DNA of 60,505 bases, counting the filler, from Globobulimina sp. (lineage: Eukaryota), in NCBI GenBank assembly GCA_003354225.1. It is 11 parts of 11 records of this genome, joined end to end, with 100 filler letters (N's around TTAATTAATTAA, not from the genome) between each part and the next. Parts side by side here need not be neighbours in the genome. Positions count along the whole stretch, not along the records: positions 33,076 to 38,484 come from PIVH01000590.1; positions 38,585 to 43,993 come from PIVH01000591.1; positions 44,094 to 49,500 come from PIVH01000592.1; 8 more parts are not named here. The stretch is one strand, 5' to 3'. The first letter of the stretch is position 1; each line of letters starts with the position of its first letter. A model generated the notes under the pieces. The model did no database searches. It was given only the letters and a program-made list of their open reading frames with translations, and was not told the DNA's origin. This document shows, one piece after another, positions 35,442 through 48,223 of this stretch. The position numbers were made by a program, and so were the translations under genes.

Positions 35442-38360
35442 ATGGCACATGATAGAACTGCAATCAGTGGAAGCAACACAATCAGTGGAAGCAACATATG
35501 GAGAATACCAGAATTATCAGCACTCCAAGCAACATATCTATGCAGTGGGTATATTCGTATCGAGTTTGAAGATGCCTACCATATCCCAAACGATATTGCA
35601 ATATTATGTACAAACTTTTTCCACACCAACCGTAACATTTTAACTCAATATTTACCAGATTTGCGCTGCAAAATATGCCATCTAAATACAATCAAATTTA
35701 TTTTCAGCTTCAATACTGGTGATACTGCCACAGATTTATCACCTAAATGGAACATATCAGTACCATATTTGCCAAAAAACATTGTCAAAATTGAATTGGA
35801 TGTCCATATGGAAATATTAGGAACGACACTGCAGTATAAACAGCATTGCGTCTTAGTCGCAGGACCAAATATATTGCTTGCAAGTTATATTATAAATAGC
35901 AGCTCATCGTTTGCTGCGGAAATAACACATTTGAATGCTTTGCAATTAAAACTCGAAATATTTAATATGCAACAATACGACAAAAATAACCATATTATAC
36001 ATCCATATGCATCCACACCGCATGGCACAATGACATATTTAACATACCCGTCATCTGCTTTTGTCTGGAGGATGGAAACAGAAAACATACATAAAATCCA
36101 AAAAGCCTCAGCTGGGGTTTACATCACAAGCGCATTATTTCTATGCGAATCCTTCAAATGGATGGTGAAAATATCATATTACGACATTGTTGATGCAGAT
36201 TTATGTATGTATTTGGCCGCATTATCGCCACAAATTGAGAGATTATGTATTTACTATAAAATAGATTTTGAAGAAATTGAAAGGTTTACAGATGGTACGC
36301 ATGTTTTTAGTGTTGCGGAGGGACTGAGTTTATGGAAAATTGATTTTTTCAAAAGTGCGGAAATTAAAGATTTACTAAACATTACAATTAAAATAGAAAT
36401 ATCTATAATGGATATATTTTACTCTGATGATTACAAACAAAATGCACATACACATACTCACAATACCTCATTAACGACGATAAATGGCCAATATGTATGG
36501 AAAATTGATGAACCGCAAGCAGTGAGTAACCTGAAATCAGCGGGAAATGGCGAAGATTGTATCAGCCCTTTGTTTGAACTACGTGACAGTGATTTTAAAT
36601 GGTGTTTGAAAGCGTATCCCAATGGTTATTCCACTGATAATATTGGTAAAATGAATACCTTTTTGAGATTTGTATCGCATCCACCCACTGTTGCATCGTT
36701 ATGTGTTCATTATGAAATCGAATTAATCGAAGCAAATATTAAGTTTGCTGCAGTTGAAACATTCAGTTTTGACTCGCCATCATTTGGATGGACGGCTAAC
36801 TTATTGGCAACCGATGATGTTAAACATTGCCAGACATTTACATTTAAAGTAAATATTAAAATCATTGATATATTTGATAATAACGGAGATATTATGACGG
36901 ATAAATACCGGCATATACAGCATGCGCATAAACATAACACTATTTATAAAAATATGAGAGTTTGCAAGAATTACAGGCAAAATCCATATGTTTATCAATG
37001 GAAAGTCAATGATTTAGACACTGTGAACAGAATAAAAGCAGCAGTGAATGGAATGAATTTTTTAAGCTCAATATTTACATTATTTGGTATGAAATGGTAT
37101 TTGGAATTTATGCCCGTTCCTTGTGATTATGATCCGGAATATGATGATAAAACGTTTAAAAACGACTATTCCGTATTATATCTTTGTGCTGCATCCATTT
37201 CGCCAAATATTCATGTCATTCGAATAAATTATACCTTAGCTTTGAAAGAAACGAATACCATTTATAAGAATTGTAGCAAATTGGATGGGTGTTTTAGCAC
37301 TGGATGGTCGAATACGGCGCTTAAAAGGAAAGAAATTGACGATTTGGATAGTTTTACATTTGGCGTTTCCCTCAATTTTATAGATATTTATGATAAAAAT
37401 GGGCAAAACATCACCGATGAACATATTAGTTACGATGCAGACATTGAACACGAAGAGAAAGGAGATATTGGACTGTCACTCAATACATTGTTGACAGATA
37501 CATTTGAATGGAAAATCGATGATAATCAGTTGATGGAAAAAATAAAAACTGCAGAAAATGCACAATTTTTTATGAGTGACATGTTTGTTATGCATGGATT
37601 GAAGTGGAAAATGAAAATCTATTCAAATGGCACGAAGCCACAAAGAAAGGGTATATTCAATTGGTATTTTAATTTAATATCAATGCCGCCGAATATCTCA
37701 AAAGTATCATTGTTTTATAAGATTGTTGAGACAGAGAGCGGTGCAATGGATGTGGATAAAACATCGATGCGATGCGATTCATCGCAGTTTGGATGGGGAC
37801 AAAATAAATTGAAATTGAATGATATTTTAAAATTTGATAAATTGTGCTTTGTTTTAGATATAACAATCATTGACATCTTTGATAAAAGCGGAAGGAAATT
37901 AAACATGAAAGAATATGATAAAATACCATTGCAATCGGAATCATTGGATGAAAGTGAATGGAAATTGAATGAAATAAAATGGAGAATTGTGGACGAAGAG
38001 TTGATTAAAAATATAAAGAAAGCGCACGTTGGAGAATCATTTAAAAGCGGGCTGTATGACATTGATGGATATAAATGGTTTTTGCAATTGGCACCAAACG
38101 GAATGAATAAAGAAGAAAAAGGTGAGACAAAATTATTTATTTCAATAGAATTTTTGCCAGACAATGTTGAAAGTATTTCATTTTATTTTGAACTTCGTAT
38201 ATTAGAAAGTAAGATATCATATAGTAATCATGGTCATTTTAGAGATGATGGATTATCCAAATCGTGGTTGACTTCACAAATAAAAATAGCTCAGTTACAA
38301 GATTTGAATCAGTTGACGTTGACGGCAAAAATGAAAATTGTGGATGTCTATCATAAATAA
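35442..38360 (+). CDS. Multi-MATH/TRAF-domain protein
   Basis: About five repeats of WKI.D...S..F....KW.L..YPNG...GW...IIDIFD. Confidence 0.85.
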   Translation: MAHDRTAISGSNTISGSNIWRIPELSALQATYLCSGYIRIEFEDAYHIPNDIAILCTNFFHTNRNILTQYLPDLRCKICHLNTIKFIFSFNTGDTATDLSPKWNISVPYLPKNIVKIELDVHMEILGTTLQYKQHCVLVAGPNILLASYIINSSSSFAAEITHLNALQLKLEIFNMQQYDKNNHIIHPYASTPHGTMTYLTYPSSAFVWRMETENIHKIQKASAGVYITSALFLCESFKWMVKISYYDIVDADLCMYLAALSPQIERLCIYYKIDFEEIERFTDGTHVFSVAEGLSLWKIDFFKSAEIKDLLNITIKIEISIMDIFYSDDYKQNAHTHTHNTSLTTINGQYVWKIDEPQAVSNLKSAGNGEDCISPLFELRDSDFKWCLKAYPNGYSTDNIGKMNTFLRFVSHPPTVASLCVHYEIELIEANIKFAAVETFSFDSPSFGWTANLLATDDVKHCQTFTFKVNIKIIDIFDNNGDIMTDKYRHIQHAHKHNTIYKNMRVCKNYRQNPYVYQWKVNDLDTVNRIKAAVNGMNFLSSIFTLFGMKWYLEFMPVPCDYDPEYDDKTFKNDYSVLYLCAASISPNIHVIRINYTLALKETNTIYKNCSKLDGCFSTGWSNTALKRKEIDDLDSFTFGVSLNFIDIYDKNGQNITDEHISYDADIEHEEKGDIGLSLNTLLTDTFEWKIDDNQLMEKIKTAENAQFFMSDMFVMHGLKWKMKIYSNGTKPQRKGIFNWYFNLISMPPNISKVSLFYKIVETESGAMDVDKTSMRCDSSQFGWGQNKLKLNDILKFDKLCFVLDITIIDIFDKSGRKLNMKEYDKIPLQSESLDESEWKLNEIKWRIVDEELIKNIKKAHVGESFKSGLYDIDGYKWFLQLAPNGMNKEEKGETKLFISIEFLPDNVESISFYFELRILESKISYSNHGHFRDDGLSKSWLTSQIKIAQLQDLNQLTLTAKMKIVDVYHK

Positions 38361-38833
38361 ATGACTGATATCCGCGATTTGACACATAATCGGAGATATC
38401 ACTGATGCAGATATCCGTGCACACTCCAATTATTAACAACATTTTTTATGAAAATATCAAGTGTCAAAAAGTGATATTTTCGATNNNNNNNNNNNNNNNN
38501 NNNNNNNNNNNNNNNNNNNNNNNNNNNNTTAATTAATTAANNNNNNNNNNNNNNNNNNNNNNNNNNNNNNNNNNNNNNNNNNNNTCTTCGTTTATTTTCT
38601 GCTCAGCAGCCATTACTTCACTCAACCATCGTTTTCAGAAACAGTGATAGATCCAAGTTGTAGAGTGCAAGGAGATATCATAAATACCATGTCCACCAGC
38701 ATAAAAACAGAAAACTTAATTATAACCTACGTGCTATTAATTACAATCAAACCTAAAATAAAACACATATACAAAGAATTTATAAATTTTTAAAAAAAAT
38801 CCAACACAAAAAGAGAAAATAAAATTTCAATTA

Positions 38834-40312
38834 CTAAATGACACTTTCGTTTTGAATTTCGAGTTCAATGTCTTGTGCAAATGATTCAGAAACATCATTA
38901 TTTATTATATGTGATTGATTTGGAAATCCAACATTGTGATTAACTTCATCTGCATCTGCGTCCTCTGGAGGTGAATCAACAGATCTTTCTTCAATAATTT
39001 CCTGTTTCACAGTAGTTGTATTGGTCGTAGTTGTCGTGGTAGTTATTTTTATTTTAATTTTTGTATTTTTATTTTTTATTTGCTTCAAATCCGATGATGT
39101 AATATCATTATCAAATTTTATCTCAATATCTTTATGTTTCTCTGAATTCCGTTGTGTAATCGGCCCAGGATTGGTACCTTTTTTTTTAGTGATTGTGTTT
39201 GATTTTGCAATCGAAGCGCTTCGGTTATTGCCCGATCCCGACCTGGATGCTTCAGAACGAATCGAGAACTTCCTACCCAATGAATGCATAGTCATTAAGA
39301 AATCATTTTGGTCCGCACAGCAATAACAACAAAAGCAACAACATCGTGTGATTTTATTCCATATCGGATCTGAAAACCTGAACATTAACCAGACGCAGAA
39401 CACATTAATAACCGCATCGACTGGCATCAGCAGACTGAATCCATAGAAAACAGCGCCGAGACCGAGTGTAAGCATCGATGTAATCACTGCTAATAACACC
39501 AAAATGGTTTGTTTTCTCATTAAACGACTTAATGTATTAATTCGCGATTTTTCTTGTCTGGATTGACTGGATCGGTCACTGTTACCTTGCGACATTTTAT
39601 TTACCTGCGAATTTGCGCATAAATCAAACAAAAACAGTTAAGGAGTGTAGTACTAAACTGTATGGAGTTTAAATACAAATAATATGCCGACAAGTATACT
39701 GAACAACATATCCAATATAAACATGCAACCTACGATGAATACATAATATACCGAAGAATCACCGGTTGTGCACACATTGATGTCAGTTGACGAGGAATGA
39801 TACAAATCAATTAAATTTAAGGCATCCCAAATAAATGCCGCATTTAAGACACATATGCCAATGATATAAATTATCATTATAATGGCTAAAAAAAATCGGG
39901 AATATCCTAAGGCGGAGCTGTGGAAAGCTAAATCAATCCGTAATAGAAATATTACAAATAATAATAATTTCGCTAGAAATATGCTATTTGTGCCTAATAA
40001 AAAACCAAATGCACAGGGTATGGTTGTGCCCATTGGCAATACTAAATCGGTTCGAAAAAATGTATATGCTACGCATGTTAACCAATATGACGCGAAAAAT
40101 GCCATATACACCGCACGCGAACATTTATCGCTTAATTTATGTTTATGTAGATTGTAGATTGCATGAATTGACATGATTGCTATTAATATAATTCCTAAAG
40201 ATCCTGTTGCTTCCATTACGTATATCCATGGCTCCGTGAATACATGCTCTTCTTCAGCGACTTCACTTGTTGTAAATGTAAATGAGTTATTCATTGAAAG
40301 TCCTAAGGACAT
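38834..40312 (-). CDS. 7TM GPCR-like protein (2 exons)
   Basis: Seven hydrophobic segments; FLLRIDLAFHSSALGY; LMRKQTILV; VDAVINVFCVWLMF; Cys-rich post-TM7 region. Confidence 0.75.
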
Positions 40313-40542
40313 GCACTTAGTGCTTTTTTTGTGTTTTTTGTTAGTGACATTCTCAGAAACATCAGGCAGAACAAGCCAGTTTATCGCTTGTTTTTTTTGC
40401 AGTGCAAGGATGACATATATGTGTTATTAAACTAGTCGTACGTCGTGCAAATGTACTTGTTGTTTAATTTTAGAAAAACGTTTCTGTTACTGACCAATTA
40501 ATCCAACACAAAAAAAACTAATTTATTTATACTTATTGCTGT

Positions 40543-41889
40543 TTATAGTCGTGTTGATTCAACAGAGGTGAGTTGCATTATTGAGTCAATGACATCTGAA
40601 TCTTCCTTCGTCATAGATTCAACAGCCAATGATGCTGATTTTGCATGATTTATTGTAGGGACTGTTTTCGTTTGGGTTTGTAAAGCAATATCATTGTCAG
40701 TTACAGCTTTATTCTTTTTGCGATTGTCCAATGTAATATTTTTAGCGTTTTTAAAATCAATTTCTATGTTTCTACCCTTTCCATGTTTGATGGTATTTTT
40801 GTTTGTTGTCTCATTATTCTCTTTTGAGATACTTATTGAATGTCGATCGCGAAACAATCGTTTCGGGATAGAATGTAATGTGATGAGCAAATCTTGTTTA
40901 TAAAAACAAAAACAACAACAGCAGCACCAACGGACAATTTTATTCCAAATTGGATCTGCAAAAGAAAACATTAACCAAACACAAAATGCATTGACAATGG
41001 TATCGATTGGGATTAATAATGTCATCGAGGGCACTAAACCATAAATTCCAATGAAGAAAATTGATGATACACATGCCAATAATACCAAAATGGTTTGCTT
41101 TTTCATTACTTTTTGTAATCTGTTATCAGCTGATTTTTCGTTTTGATGTTGTGATACCGATTCGGACATTTTTATGACCTTAATTTTATATGAAAAACGC
41201 ATTTATATTTTATAAAGAAACACTACAAAGTTAACTTTATTCAATTTGTAGACAAACAATGAGCAAATTAAGAGGGAATAAGCAATATTCGCTAACGATC
41301 CGATTCCTAAAATCAATATCATTGCAGAGTGGTTTATATAGGCTGAAAATGTGCAAATTCCGTCAGATTCGTTGCCAAAATACTGTGCTGTAATAAGTTT
41401 CAAATGAAAATATGTGGTATAAACATAGCCAATGTTTGCACAAAAAACCAGGATAACATAGGAAATAGTGATGGCGATTAAATATTTGCGTGGATACGCT
41501 AAGGCTGACGAATGGAATGCAGTATCAATTCTGTACATAAATATTAAAAATAGGAAAACCTGACTAAATGACAAACTATAGGCAATAAAATATACTCCAA
41601 TTCTACAATCAACAGAGGTACCCATTGGAAATACCAAATTAGATTTTAACAATGCGTATGAAAAACATAATAACCAACTAAAAAAGAAATATAATATATA
41701 TAAGCATGCGAAAGCATTTGTAATTTCATCTTTGATAAAGTGGCGCATTGAATGAATGGCAAATGCTGCAATTAATATCATACCAATGATACCTGATCCA
41801 ATCATCACATAAATATAAGCTGGAGCGTCTGGAGCAGGATCTTCCAACATATCAATATCGCTTATTGTTGTCGATATATACGGTTCCAT
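40543..41889 (-). CDS. 7TM GPCR-like protein, tandem paralogue (2 exons)
   Basis: FMYRIDTAFHSSALAY; VMKKQTILV; IDTIVNAFCVWLMF; same intron position as the paralogue. Confidence 0.75.
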
Positions 41890-41934
41890 TGCGCATAAAA
41901 TCAATTAAAGACTAAGTTTTAGTTAGTTCCAACC

Positions 41935-43247
41935 ATGTCAGACTTGACCGATCCGTGTTGGTATGATCAAGATCTTTGTCACGTGTATCCATCACATTGG
42001 TTATTTTTAACATTAGTATTAACATGTTTTATATGTTGGACATTATTAGAAGTAATGGAACGTGTATTTGGGATGGCTCCTAAAATCACAAATTTGTCAG
42101 AAATTCATGACAATGCACTAAAAGATGCAGACAATCCCGTTGGTAGATTCATTGTAAATAAACGCTTAACACGCTCATATTATGGCAATTATCGAATTCA
42201 AACGCGAGGAACAATGTATTATATTCGTTTTTTATGGTCCGGTGTAATGTTTATTGTTGCGGTGACCACCATACTTACAAAACGCACATGGTTTGTCAAC
42301 CATGTTTTTTATTTGCAAGCTGACACAGTGTATGTAGCAGAATATCAACATGTCTCTGCTGCGATAATTGCATTTTATATTTTTGAGCTAACTGCAAATC
42401 GTTATGGCAAAATCACGTGGTCCATAATAATACATCATTGGTTAACAATTGCTGCCGCAATGCAAGTGATTTGGGGCTTTTATTCCCCATTTGCGACATG
42501 GTACGGATTTACAATTATTTCCTGTACATTCCCCGTTGATTTTGCATTGGGGCTACGGGCAACATTCAGTAACAGACATCCTGAGATAACACGAAAAGCA
42601 TTTGCAATATCCTTTTATTGGTGGCTTGGCTGTCTTGTTTTAAATATTTCAGGGCAAATATTCTTAATTATAAATGCTTTATTACCCTCTCATTTTAATC
42701 AATCTATACATGTTTCGAGTGTCGCTATTATGTTATTTGCAATTGGTGGGTGGCTCTATGATGACTATCAAGTGTTAGCTACATTGCGTGACTTTGCAAC
42801 ACATGATTATGCAGATGCGGATATTTTAAATAAAAAACATTCCCATCATACTATGCGAATGAAAAATACGCTTGGCGGGGTATGTATTTTTATATTAATT
42901 ATAAGTATATCTGATCTGATACGCTTTTTGTATCTATATCTATACAGAGATCATTATTTGGGCAAGGAATGAAGGATGAAATTGATAAACATTTAGGGAA
43001 TGAACTTACTCCGCCACCATCATCAGGAACAGAAGCAAAAGCATTAAAACATGTTACAATGCATAATTTGAAGCAAACAGCAATAACAATTAATGAAAAA
43101 CCTGTAAATTCACCAGAAACTCCTCCCGTTACAGAGTTTCAAAAAATAGCAAGTTTAAATAGTGCTGATTTAAATGTTCTCGCTGACATAAAAGCAGAGG
43201 CATTACAAGAAGCATTGAAAACGCCTACCAGTACTACCAGTAATTAA
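41935..43247 (+). CDS. Multi-pass membrane protein, TLC-domain-like
   Basis: Several TM helices; FYIFEL...IIIHHWLT motif; intron at about 42880-42947. Confidence 0.55.
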
Positions 43248-43556
43248 TCATTGTTTGTTAATATATTCCTTTTTGAGCTATTTTTTGAGACTTTTATTAT
43301 TTTGTGTTGTTATTTTTTTTCTTTTTTTTGAGTGTTTATGACGTTTCTCTCATATCTGACATTTGGTCGGCCTTTTGTGTATACCATAATTTCAAACAAC
43401 ACTGACCAGACTCGATTTTACTGACTTCTGATAAAATAGTATTTCAATAATTAATAGTAATCATTTGGGCCGTTATTCCCTATAACAGATCCGTATAATC
43501 TTGGTACATGGGTACCATATGAAGCTATGACCGATGAGTTTAATGGTAATCCACGA

Positions 43557-43845
43557 TAAAAAAATACACAAACTCCGATTAAAAACCATCGGGGATATCC
43601 TAACGCAGAGGCATGGAATGCTAAATCAATGCGCAATAAAAACAAAAACAATAAAAACATTTTGGATACATATACACTATTTGTTGTTATGTACATTCCC
43701 CACCGGCAATCAATAAGTGTGCCATTGGAAATATGATATTTGTTCTGAAGAATGCATAGGAAAAACAACATAACACATATGATGAAAAAAAGAGTATATA
43801 TAAAAATCGTATTTTTGCATTTAGATCATCTTTCAAGTGTTTTTT
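43557..43845 (-). pseudogene. Fragment of a third GPCR-like paralogue with a frameshift
   Basis: RFLYILFFSSYVLCCFSYAFFRTNIIFPM, 1-nt shift, then TLIDCRWG...LLRIDLAFHASALGYPR; unrelated sequence on both sides. Confidence 0.65.
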
Positions 43846-44093
43846 TTATTTTGTTCAAATACAAAACATCATCAAAAATCACCTGTTGTATATCTGCGAG
43901 ATCTCCTAAATCGCCACTATTCAAACTGACTGTTTTTATAATTCTCACATCCTTTGGTGTTGATACTTTCTCCTTTCCCCCATTGTCTCCCTTNNNNNNN
44001 NNNNNNNNNNNNNNNNNNNNNNNNNNNNNNNNNNNNNTTAATTAATTAANNNNNNNNNNNNNNNNNNNNNNNNNNNNNNNNNNNNNNNNNNNN

Positions 44094-46988
44094 TATGGTC
44101 CTGTGGAATGCCGATTTTCTTCCCAATCGCATGCGCAGTCACCTCATTATCGCCAGTTATCATATAACAGGCAATATTCTCTTGCGTTTCTAAATAATTT
44201 ATCACATTGTACGCATCCGCTTTAATGCGGTCCGCAATGGCTAAAATCCCACATAACTCTCCATTTATCCCTATAAACACACAAGTATTGCCATTCATTT
44301 CCAACTGCCTCGCTTTGCCCTCCACAAAGCCCACATATCCATCTTCATCTTCATCTTTCTCCTCATCCTCATAATCCTCACCACGCAGCCAAGCCGCAAA
44401 CTTCTTGCACTGTACGCCGTATTTATTCATATATTGCAAGTTGCCAATCAACACTGTCACGTCCTTATACATGGCAGTCACACCCAACCCGCTGTGCGGT
44501 ATAAACTCATCCGGCGACCAATAATTGCATTTAAACTCATAGCCCAAATTCAAATCGCGTAAATTGTTCCAGCTCTCCGACACCGACACGCCAGATACGG
44601 AGTATTCATTGGCCAGCTCCGCCCCTTTTACGCCATCCCTTTCGTTATAAATCCCCTCAATAAAGTTGCACACCGCAGTGCCAATCAAATGCTCCGACTG
44701 TTTCTCCGCACCGTAGATATAATTCCAAAACCTATCCCTCGCGGCACTGGCACGCATATTGTCACTCGGCGCGGACCCGAATATTTCATGCAAACTCTGA
44801 TCAGAGATCTTCAGCACATTCACAATCTGCATCTTGCCCTGTGTCAACGTGCCCGTTTTGTCGAATAAAATGCAATTAGTTTGCCCCACAATCTCCAGCG
44901 GCTCGCCGCCTTTGAACAAGACGCCTAACTCGGCCGCCTTCCCCGTCGCCACCATCACCGCAGTCGGCGTAGCCAACCCCAAGGCGCACGGACAGGATAT
45001 CACCAACACGGAGATGGCAAACAAAAAACTATAATATATGTTGGAATGCGCGCCGTGTTCGCCGCTCTTTAAACCAAACAATTTGTCCGCGTGAATGCTG
45101 CCAGTTTCAAAGCCGATATACCAGCCCAGGAACACCAGCAACGCTATCAGCATCACACAGGGCACGAACCGCGCGGCGATGCTGTCGGCCAGGTTTTGGA
45201 TGGGCGCTCTGCTGCTCTGCGCATTCTCCACCAGCGTTATTATCTTACTTAGCACCGTCTCATTGCCGATCTTGTTGACGCGAATGTAAACCGTATTGCT
45301 GAGGTTCACCGTGGCGCCAATCACCTCATCGCCGACGCCTTTGTGCACCGACATGGACTCGCCAGTGATGAGCGACTCGTCCATGGAGGACACGCCAGAG
45401 ACTATGACCCCATCGCACGGGCATTTACTGCCACGCGTCACTTCCAAGATGTCGTTGAGCTCAATTAGGCGTGCATCGATCTCGCGGATTTTCAACACAC
45501 GCGGGACGCTCCCGGATGCGTCAGATGCGTCGTTTTCATTTTCGTGTTGCGGGTCGCGATAATTCTCCACTAAGCGTGCTACGGACGGGGCTAAGTCCAT
45601 CAGTTTGTCCAAAGCTTGCGAGGTTTTGCCTTTGGCGATGGTTTCCATGTATTTGCCGAGGATGATGACAGTGATTAAGACGGCAGAGGTCTCGAAGGTG
45701 GTATTGGGAGAAGCGTCGTGTCCGACGGTGCAGATAATGACTTGGATGATGCTGAAGAAGTACGAGATGGAGGTGGCCAAAGCCACCAAGACGTCCATGT
45801 TGGCAGCGCCGGCACGCAGCGATTTGTAGGCGCCGCGGTAAAATAATAAGCCAGGCGGCCCGAATTGGATTGGCGTGGCGAGCAGAAATAAGACGGCATC
45901 GTGGATGGAGCAGCCAGCGATAAATTCCCTGTTGAATATGTCTGAGAAGCCATCAAAAAAAGGAAAGATCATAGTGGCTAAAAATGCAGGTATTGCAAAG
46001 AGCAAACTGTATTTGAATAAACGTGTCCATTGCAACATTTCTCGCTGGCGACTTTGCTGTATATTATGTAGAGAAACACCGCAAAAAAGGTATAGAAAAC
46101 GTGCGATTTTGCGCCGGGCGCTGTATATATTTTAACTTGAATGTTTTTCTTTCGTTGGGAGATGTCGCTGGCATCAAACACGATTTTGCATTTATATTTG
46201 TGCTGATTGATGCATTGCGAGATGGTACGCATGCCGGTGATGTTTGGGTCGTACGCGATGGTCGCATAGAACGTGTATATGTCGCTGTATTTGTTGTGCA
46301 TCGGTAGATTGAACGTTGTATGCGACTGCGACACGGATACATTGCCATCATTATCATGCATCGCCATGGAAAAGTCGGATCGGAAGGGTTCGAGCATGGT
46401 GGATGACATGTCAATTTTGGGCAAATCATTGAGTGGCACAGGCGGCTCTGTGCCGGACACATTGGAGACGCCTTCAATGGTCATTATAGTGTCAAAGATT
46501 TGCTGTTTGCTTTCGGTGTGGAAGGGATAGAACAATTGGACGGTGAAGCTGTTTTTGTTGGTGGTGGAGATTAATAATTCAGAGGCGTGGAAGCCGATAT
46601 CTTCGATTTCCTCGATAATGTCGTCGAGGTTGATTTCATTGGAATCGAGTATGACTTCGGCGCGTTTTAACAAAAGAGAGACCGAACAAGATTCAACTCC
46701 GTCGATGGAGGTTAATAGCTTTTGAATCATTGCTGAACAGGCTCCACAAGTCATGCCTTCGATGTTTAGGAATTTCTTGTCCAATGAGTTGGAATCAGAG
46801 GGTGCTTCGTCTTCGTTGGAGAGAAAAGGACGTTGCTCGTCTTCGGTTAACTATGTAGATGTATTTTGATGGTTTAATTTGTATGTCAATGTATATATTG
46901 TATGTATTGAACTGAACCGAACCAGTGTGTTGTTTTGTTTTTTGCTCACGAATTGTGAGATCACTGCACCTGCGCTAGAATGTGTCAT
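44094..46988 (-). CDS. P1B-type copper-transporting ATPase (ATP7/CopA family), 3' truncated
   Basis: HMA GMTCGAC; NMDVLVAL; TGES; CPCALGLATP; DKTGTLT; SEH; TGDN; intron 46057-46136; start uncertain. Confidence 0.93.
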
Positions 46989-47595
46989 AGTGTTGACTGA
47001 GAATTCTAAAGCAGCAATGGTGGGCGGTCAGAGTTTGTGGGAAAAAAACTGTCAACTTTAACAAAACTTTTGGTTTTGGTTGTTCTGTTTCTAGCACAAC
47101 ATGGCCTATTTCTATGTCTATTTCTGGATCTGGGAAGTCGTCTATTGACTCAAATGCGAAATTCATTCTTTGTATTCATTCAACATCTAAATGTGAAATT
47201 AAATGAATTATTCTATTATTAGATTGTTGTTCATAATCTATATATAATGCCGCGTCAGCATGTAAGAGATATTTATGTATATTTCACAATATTATAGAAC
47301 ACAGAATAGATAATGGTAATAATGGTTGATTGTAATTTATCTGAATATTTCCAAACCACAACTTGATTATTGATTGATTGATTGGTTGATATCTCTTCTG
47401 TATATCTGTTGCTAAGGCTTTATTATTTGTTGTAACAGTGTATCCAATGTGATTGTGACGTGCTTCTTACATGTGGCATGAACGGAATATGTCTTGCTTT
47501 TGTCGCAGAAGCAGACATTAAGAGCTCGACCTTAAAGCAGATAATACGAGCGACAAATCGTTGACATTTCAAGGTAAAGAAAAAACCCTTACATA

Positions 47596-48063
47596 ATGGA
47601 TCCATTACTGCAAAGAATGGACAATTTGATTGATTTGGTTCAAGTTGCTTTAATTAATATTAATGAATCAAAAAAGGGAGTGTTCCAGTTATATCCTCCA
47701 AATATTGATGGCAAACTGGAACTTAAAACGCAAGTATCATATGATAAAGACGGCGATTGCTATACAATACAATGTCCATATTGTAATGAATTTATTGTTG
47801 TGCTGCCAAAGCATTTAAATTGCAAAGTATTTCGTCACGGAGCATTTATACCAAAAAATGAAAAACATAGGCATTTGAGCAGCAAATACAAACCAATAAA
47901 CCCACATGAAAAATGGGAAAAAATATCACAATATTTAACAGAAAAAAGAATTGTTGGATGTGGTGGAGCATTCAAAATTATTGGAAATCCAAAAAAAAAT
48001 AAAACATCATTGTACGCCGTGACATGTGGTTACGGCAAACAAAGACAACGACGAAAAAAATAA
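47596..48063 (+). CDS. Small Cys/His protein resembling a conserved giant-virus (NCLDV) hypothetical family
   Basis: CPYC...LNCKVFRHG...PINPH...GCGGAF...CGY motif string; no intron in the ORF. Confidence 0.65.
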   Translation: MDPLLQRMDNLIDLVQVALININESKKGVFQLYPPNIDGKLELKTQVSYDKDGDCYTIQCPYCNEFIVVLPKHLNCKVFRHGAFIPKNEKHRHLSSKYKPINPHEKWEKISQYLTEKRIVGCGGAFKIIGNPKKNKTSLYAVTCGYGKQRQRRKK

Positions 48064-48223
48064 CAATATTTCAAAAACGCTTTCTTTTATGGTATCATGG
48101 TTTTGCTATAAAATATATGTTTCGAGAATTCCCAACCAAAACAGAATAAGTACAACAAAAATGACAAGTAAATGTTCAAGAAACAATAAAAACGCAAAAA
48201 CACAAAAACAAAATGATAAATTA

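Noticed and set aside
44094-46850. GC-richer Cu-ATPase as a bacterial contaminant
   Set aside because: It contains AT-rich GT-AG introns and is contiguous with eukaryotic genes
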